From IMG/VR virus record IMGVR_UViG_3300020182_000003, positions 1-5,797 of that record: a stretch of 5,797 nucleotides of DNA; one strand, given 5' to 3'. Both the position numbers and the translations under genes were made by a program. Each line of letters opens with the position of its first letter. Position 1 is the first letter of the stretch. This stretch comes from a virus. The notes under the pieces were generated by a model, which saw only the letters and a list, made by a program, of their open reading frames with translations, had not been told where the DNA came from and did no database searches. Below are positions 3,923-5,797 of this stretch, piece after piece.

Positions 3923-5527
3923 TTATTTTGATAATCTTGTTTGATCTACATCCTCGATTACTTTGTCGTAATCATCAGTGCTTTCTCTAATTGCAGGTCC
4001 GAATACGGTGTTACCCTCAATTTGAAATTCGCCTTTTGCCGTGATTTCAAAATTATCTACCGTACTATCTGCAAATATTTTGTGGTGAATATCCGTACAC
4101 ATGTACCAATCACTTGAAAGCTCAACATCGATTTTTTCATTGGCCCAAAATTTTTGGCGTTCCTCGTCAAATGAAGCATCGACAGTTGGCCTATAATATT
4201 TGCCTCCGATATTTGGTGTTGAACGCATGTAACCATGGTTCAATGGTGCATAACCAAACACACTGTCAGGGTCAGAATGGTTTTGGTCTATATAGCCGTT
4301 TCGGACAGGTTCGACTGGCTCGGGATCGAGGTAATTTTTTACAAATTCTGGATAATCGGTTGTATCTGTTGTTGTAAGAAACAAGTCTTGTGTTCTTTCA
4401 AATAAATTGTCAGGTACAATTTGACATACAACTATTATTGTTCCACCACATGTAATAGCCGGTACTGTCATAGATAAATCTATTGAAGCACCACCAACTG
4501 TAACATGTTCGTCTAAATTTGCGGCATCTGTTGCAAATCTTTGTTGCATACCCATTTGTTGCGTTTTTTCAGCTAACAAAATTGGGTGTCGCAATTGCTC
4601 TGTGGGCACATTGATACCAGCCATCATGAGGTCTATAATATACTCATCCGAGTGGCCTTGAAAATCTTGACGCATTTTTGCAAATGCTTGTGTTTTTCTC
4701 GCTAGTTCAATATTTGCTAATGATACTGTAATGCCATTATTTTCTAATTCGGCAAATACTTCTATAGCACCTGTTGTGGCACTTTGTTTTACATAAGGAC
4801 TATCGTTTGCATGAGTAGAAAAACCACTTTCATTTCCTTCATTTGTATGTAAATTATGAAATTGGTTAGACTTTGTTGCGCCTGAACCGGCACCATAAAT
4901 ACCAGTAACTCTTAATCCGTTACCAGTGCTATTTAATGATACTTCACCATCAATAATAGCCTGGTCGAAATCAGGCTTAATGTGGTTCATATGTGGGTTG
5001 TTCCAAAAGGCAGGTGCTAATGTTGCATCGGTCATAGTTCTATGATCAATAGATTTAGAAACTTCTGTTCGCATATGATTAATTAATAAATTATATGCTT
5101 CTAAATACTGTCTGTTTACAGTTGCACCTTGTGTTGCATGTATACCTAATGTTTTATAAAATTCATCATTTCTATTAAATGTATGTGTTTTAATAAAATC
5201 AATTGGTGTTTCACCATCTTCGCGTGGTACACCCATGTATGACCTATTTAAATCATCCATTCCATTGAAATTGTCTTCAGCTAATTTAGGTACCAAATAT
5301 GCTGATGCTCTAACGTTAATTCCATTAAAAATAGGTTCTGCCATTTCCATGGCTTCAACATTAACTATCATTCGACCGCGTCGTACACGATCTTCTCTTA
5401 ATAAAGGTATTACACCTACTGGAATAATTTTACCTGCATTTGCAGATGTAATAACTGTCTTTCGATCAGTTCTAGTTGATTTAACAACTGGTATTGGAGT
5501 TGTTTTTAAATTATTATTTCTTTCCAT
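3923..5527 (-). CDS. VP1: Major capsid protein (Microviridae VP1 / phiX174 F-like), 534 aa.
   Basis: It is the largest ORF in a 5.67-kb circular genome that encodes a microvirus-type Rep. The basic N-terminus is followed by AGKIIPVGVIPLLREDRV ... INVRASAYLVPKLA, which parallels the aGxLiPi...evlPGD ... FFVPxR pattern I recall for F/VP1 proteins. The RBS AAGGA lies 7 nt upstream of ATG 5527. This is a divergent member of the family. Confidence 0.88.
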   Translation of the reverse strand: MERNNNLKTTPIPVVKSTRTDRKTVITSANAGKIIPVGVIPLLREDRVRRGRMIVNVEAMEMAEPIFNGINVRASAYLVPKLAEDNFNGMDDLNRSYMGVPREDGETPIDFIKTHTFNRNDEFYKTLGIHATQGATVNRQYLEAYNLLINHMRTEVSKSIDHRTMTDATLAPAFWNNPHMNHIKPDFDQAIIDGEVSLNSTGNGLRVTGIYGAGSGATKSNQFHNLHTNEGNESGFSTHANDSPYVKQSATTGAIEVFAELENNGITVSLANIELARKTQAFAKMRQDFQGHSDEYIIDLMMAGINVPTEQLRHPILLAEKTQQMGMQQRFATDAANLDEHVTVGGASIDLSMTVPAITCGGTIIVVCQIVPDNLFERTQDLFLTTTDTTDYPEFVKNYLDPEPVEPVRNGYIDQNHSDPDSVFGYAPLNHGYMRSTPNIGGKYYRPTVDASFDEERQKFWANEKIDVELSSDWYMCTDIHHKIFADSTVDNFEITAKGEFQIEGNTVFGPAIRESTDDYDKVIEDVDQTRLSK

Positions 5528-5548
5528 TTACTTTTCCTTTTGGTTTAT

Positions 5549-5563
5549 ATTGCTTTCGGCAAT
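5549..5563 (-). promoter_or_regulatory. Small hairpin ATTGC-CGAAA-GCAAT (coding strand) just upstream of the VP1 RBS.
   Basis: 5-bp inverted repeat with a GAAA-containing loop, read directly. Confidence 0.5.
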
Positions 5564-5575
5564 TCTTACATTTAC

Positions 5576-5602
5576 AGCCTGCAGCACTTCGTGGTGCAGG
5601 CT
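5576..5602 (-). promoter_or_regulatory. Conserved stem-loop, copy B. The 8-bp stem is AGCCTGCA / TGCAGGCT around the core GCACTTCGTGG. It lies 11 nt after the VP2 stop and 48 nt before the VP1 ATG.
   Basis: It shares the same 23-nt block as copy A. The outer stem pairs are A:T and G:C here, against G:C and C:G in copy A. Confidence 0.85.
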
Positions 5603-5613
5603 TGCGTTTTCGT

Positions 5614-5797
5614 TTAGCGCCCAATTAAAAGATTTTGATTTGTTATTGAGTTAAAAAAATCAGTAACTTTATCTGAATTATTAGATAAATTATTATTTAA
5701 ATCAGATAAAATTGGAATTTTAGAGACTTTTATTATTTCGTTTGAATTAAATTGAACCACGTTATTTGATACTGAGAATGGTCTTGGGTTTGGTTTA
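5614..5797 (-). CDS. VP2: 3' end of the same VP2-like ORF. The unique part is 5670..5614 (18 codons KVTDFFNSITNQNLLIGR plus TAA at 5616..5614). The segment 5671..5797 repeats codons already counted in 1..127.
   Basis: The frame continues across 1/5670 (843 nt = 281 codons exactly). The stop codon TAA is the reverse complement of tta at 5614..5616. Confidence 0.82.
   Translation of the reverse strand, partial: KPNPRPFSVSNNVVQFNSNEIIKVSKIPILSDLNNNLSNNSDKVTDFFNSITNQNLLIGR
5671..5797. repeat. Right copy of the 127-nt terminal overlap. This is redundant sequence, not extra genome.
   Basis: Identical to 1..127. Confidence 0.95.

Noticed and set aside
1692-5602. The three copies of the conserved hairpin could form a CRISPR-like or REP-like repeat array.
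   Set aside because: There are only three copies, separated by about 1.7-2.2 kb of coding sequence, with no regular spacing and no spacers. They are gene-end elements of the phage itself.
1-5797. An alternative genetic code, such as the TGA=Trp code used by the Spiroplasma microvirus SpV4, could explain the apparent ORF gap at 330..930.
   Set aside because: The gap is an artefact of the linearisation point. The VP2 frame is open under the standard code. TGA terminates the peptidase and the 101-aa ORF at sensible positions with coupled restarts.

Overview
The window is one complete circular ssDNA phage genome of the family Microviridae. The unit length is 5670 nt. It is written as the complement of the coding (virion-sense) strand and carries a 127-nt assembly overlap (1..127 is identical to 5671..5797). 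All credible genes are on the minus strand. Around the circle the order is: VP2-like pilot protein (299 aa; crosses the linearisation point, so it is absent from the ORF track), VP1 major capsid (534 aa), an orphan 209-aa protein, a Peptidase_M15/VanY-type zinc peptidase (candidate endolysin), VP4 HUH replication initiator (319 aa), a very basic ORF of about 162 aa, and two small glycine-rich membrane ORFs coupled by ATGA and TAATG overlaps into VP2. Stops are TAA or TGA and Shine-Dalgarno motifs are visible, so the standard bacterial code applies. The points most worth follow-up are: (1) a peptidoglycan peptidase plus small membrane proteins in a microvirus, suggesting an endolysin-type lysis module instead of phiX174-style single-gene lysis; (2) a three-copy conserved stem-loop with compensatory stem changes and an invariant 11-nt core (C-GAA-G triloop on the virion strand), placed at the ends of VP2, VP1 and VP4; (3) a 143-nt intergenic region upstream of the rep gene with a perfect 12-bp GC-rich nested hairpin and a second 8-bp hairpin, a candidate complementary-strand origin; (4) a palindrome-dense, homopolymer-containing stretch whose status as a coding region for a basic protein is uncertain. 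No tRNA, rRNA, CRISPR array, integrase or transposase is visible. All functional calls rest on motifs read by eye, since no database search was possible.
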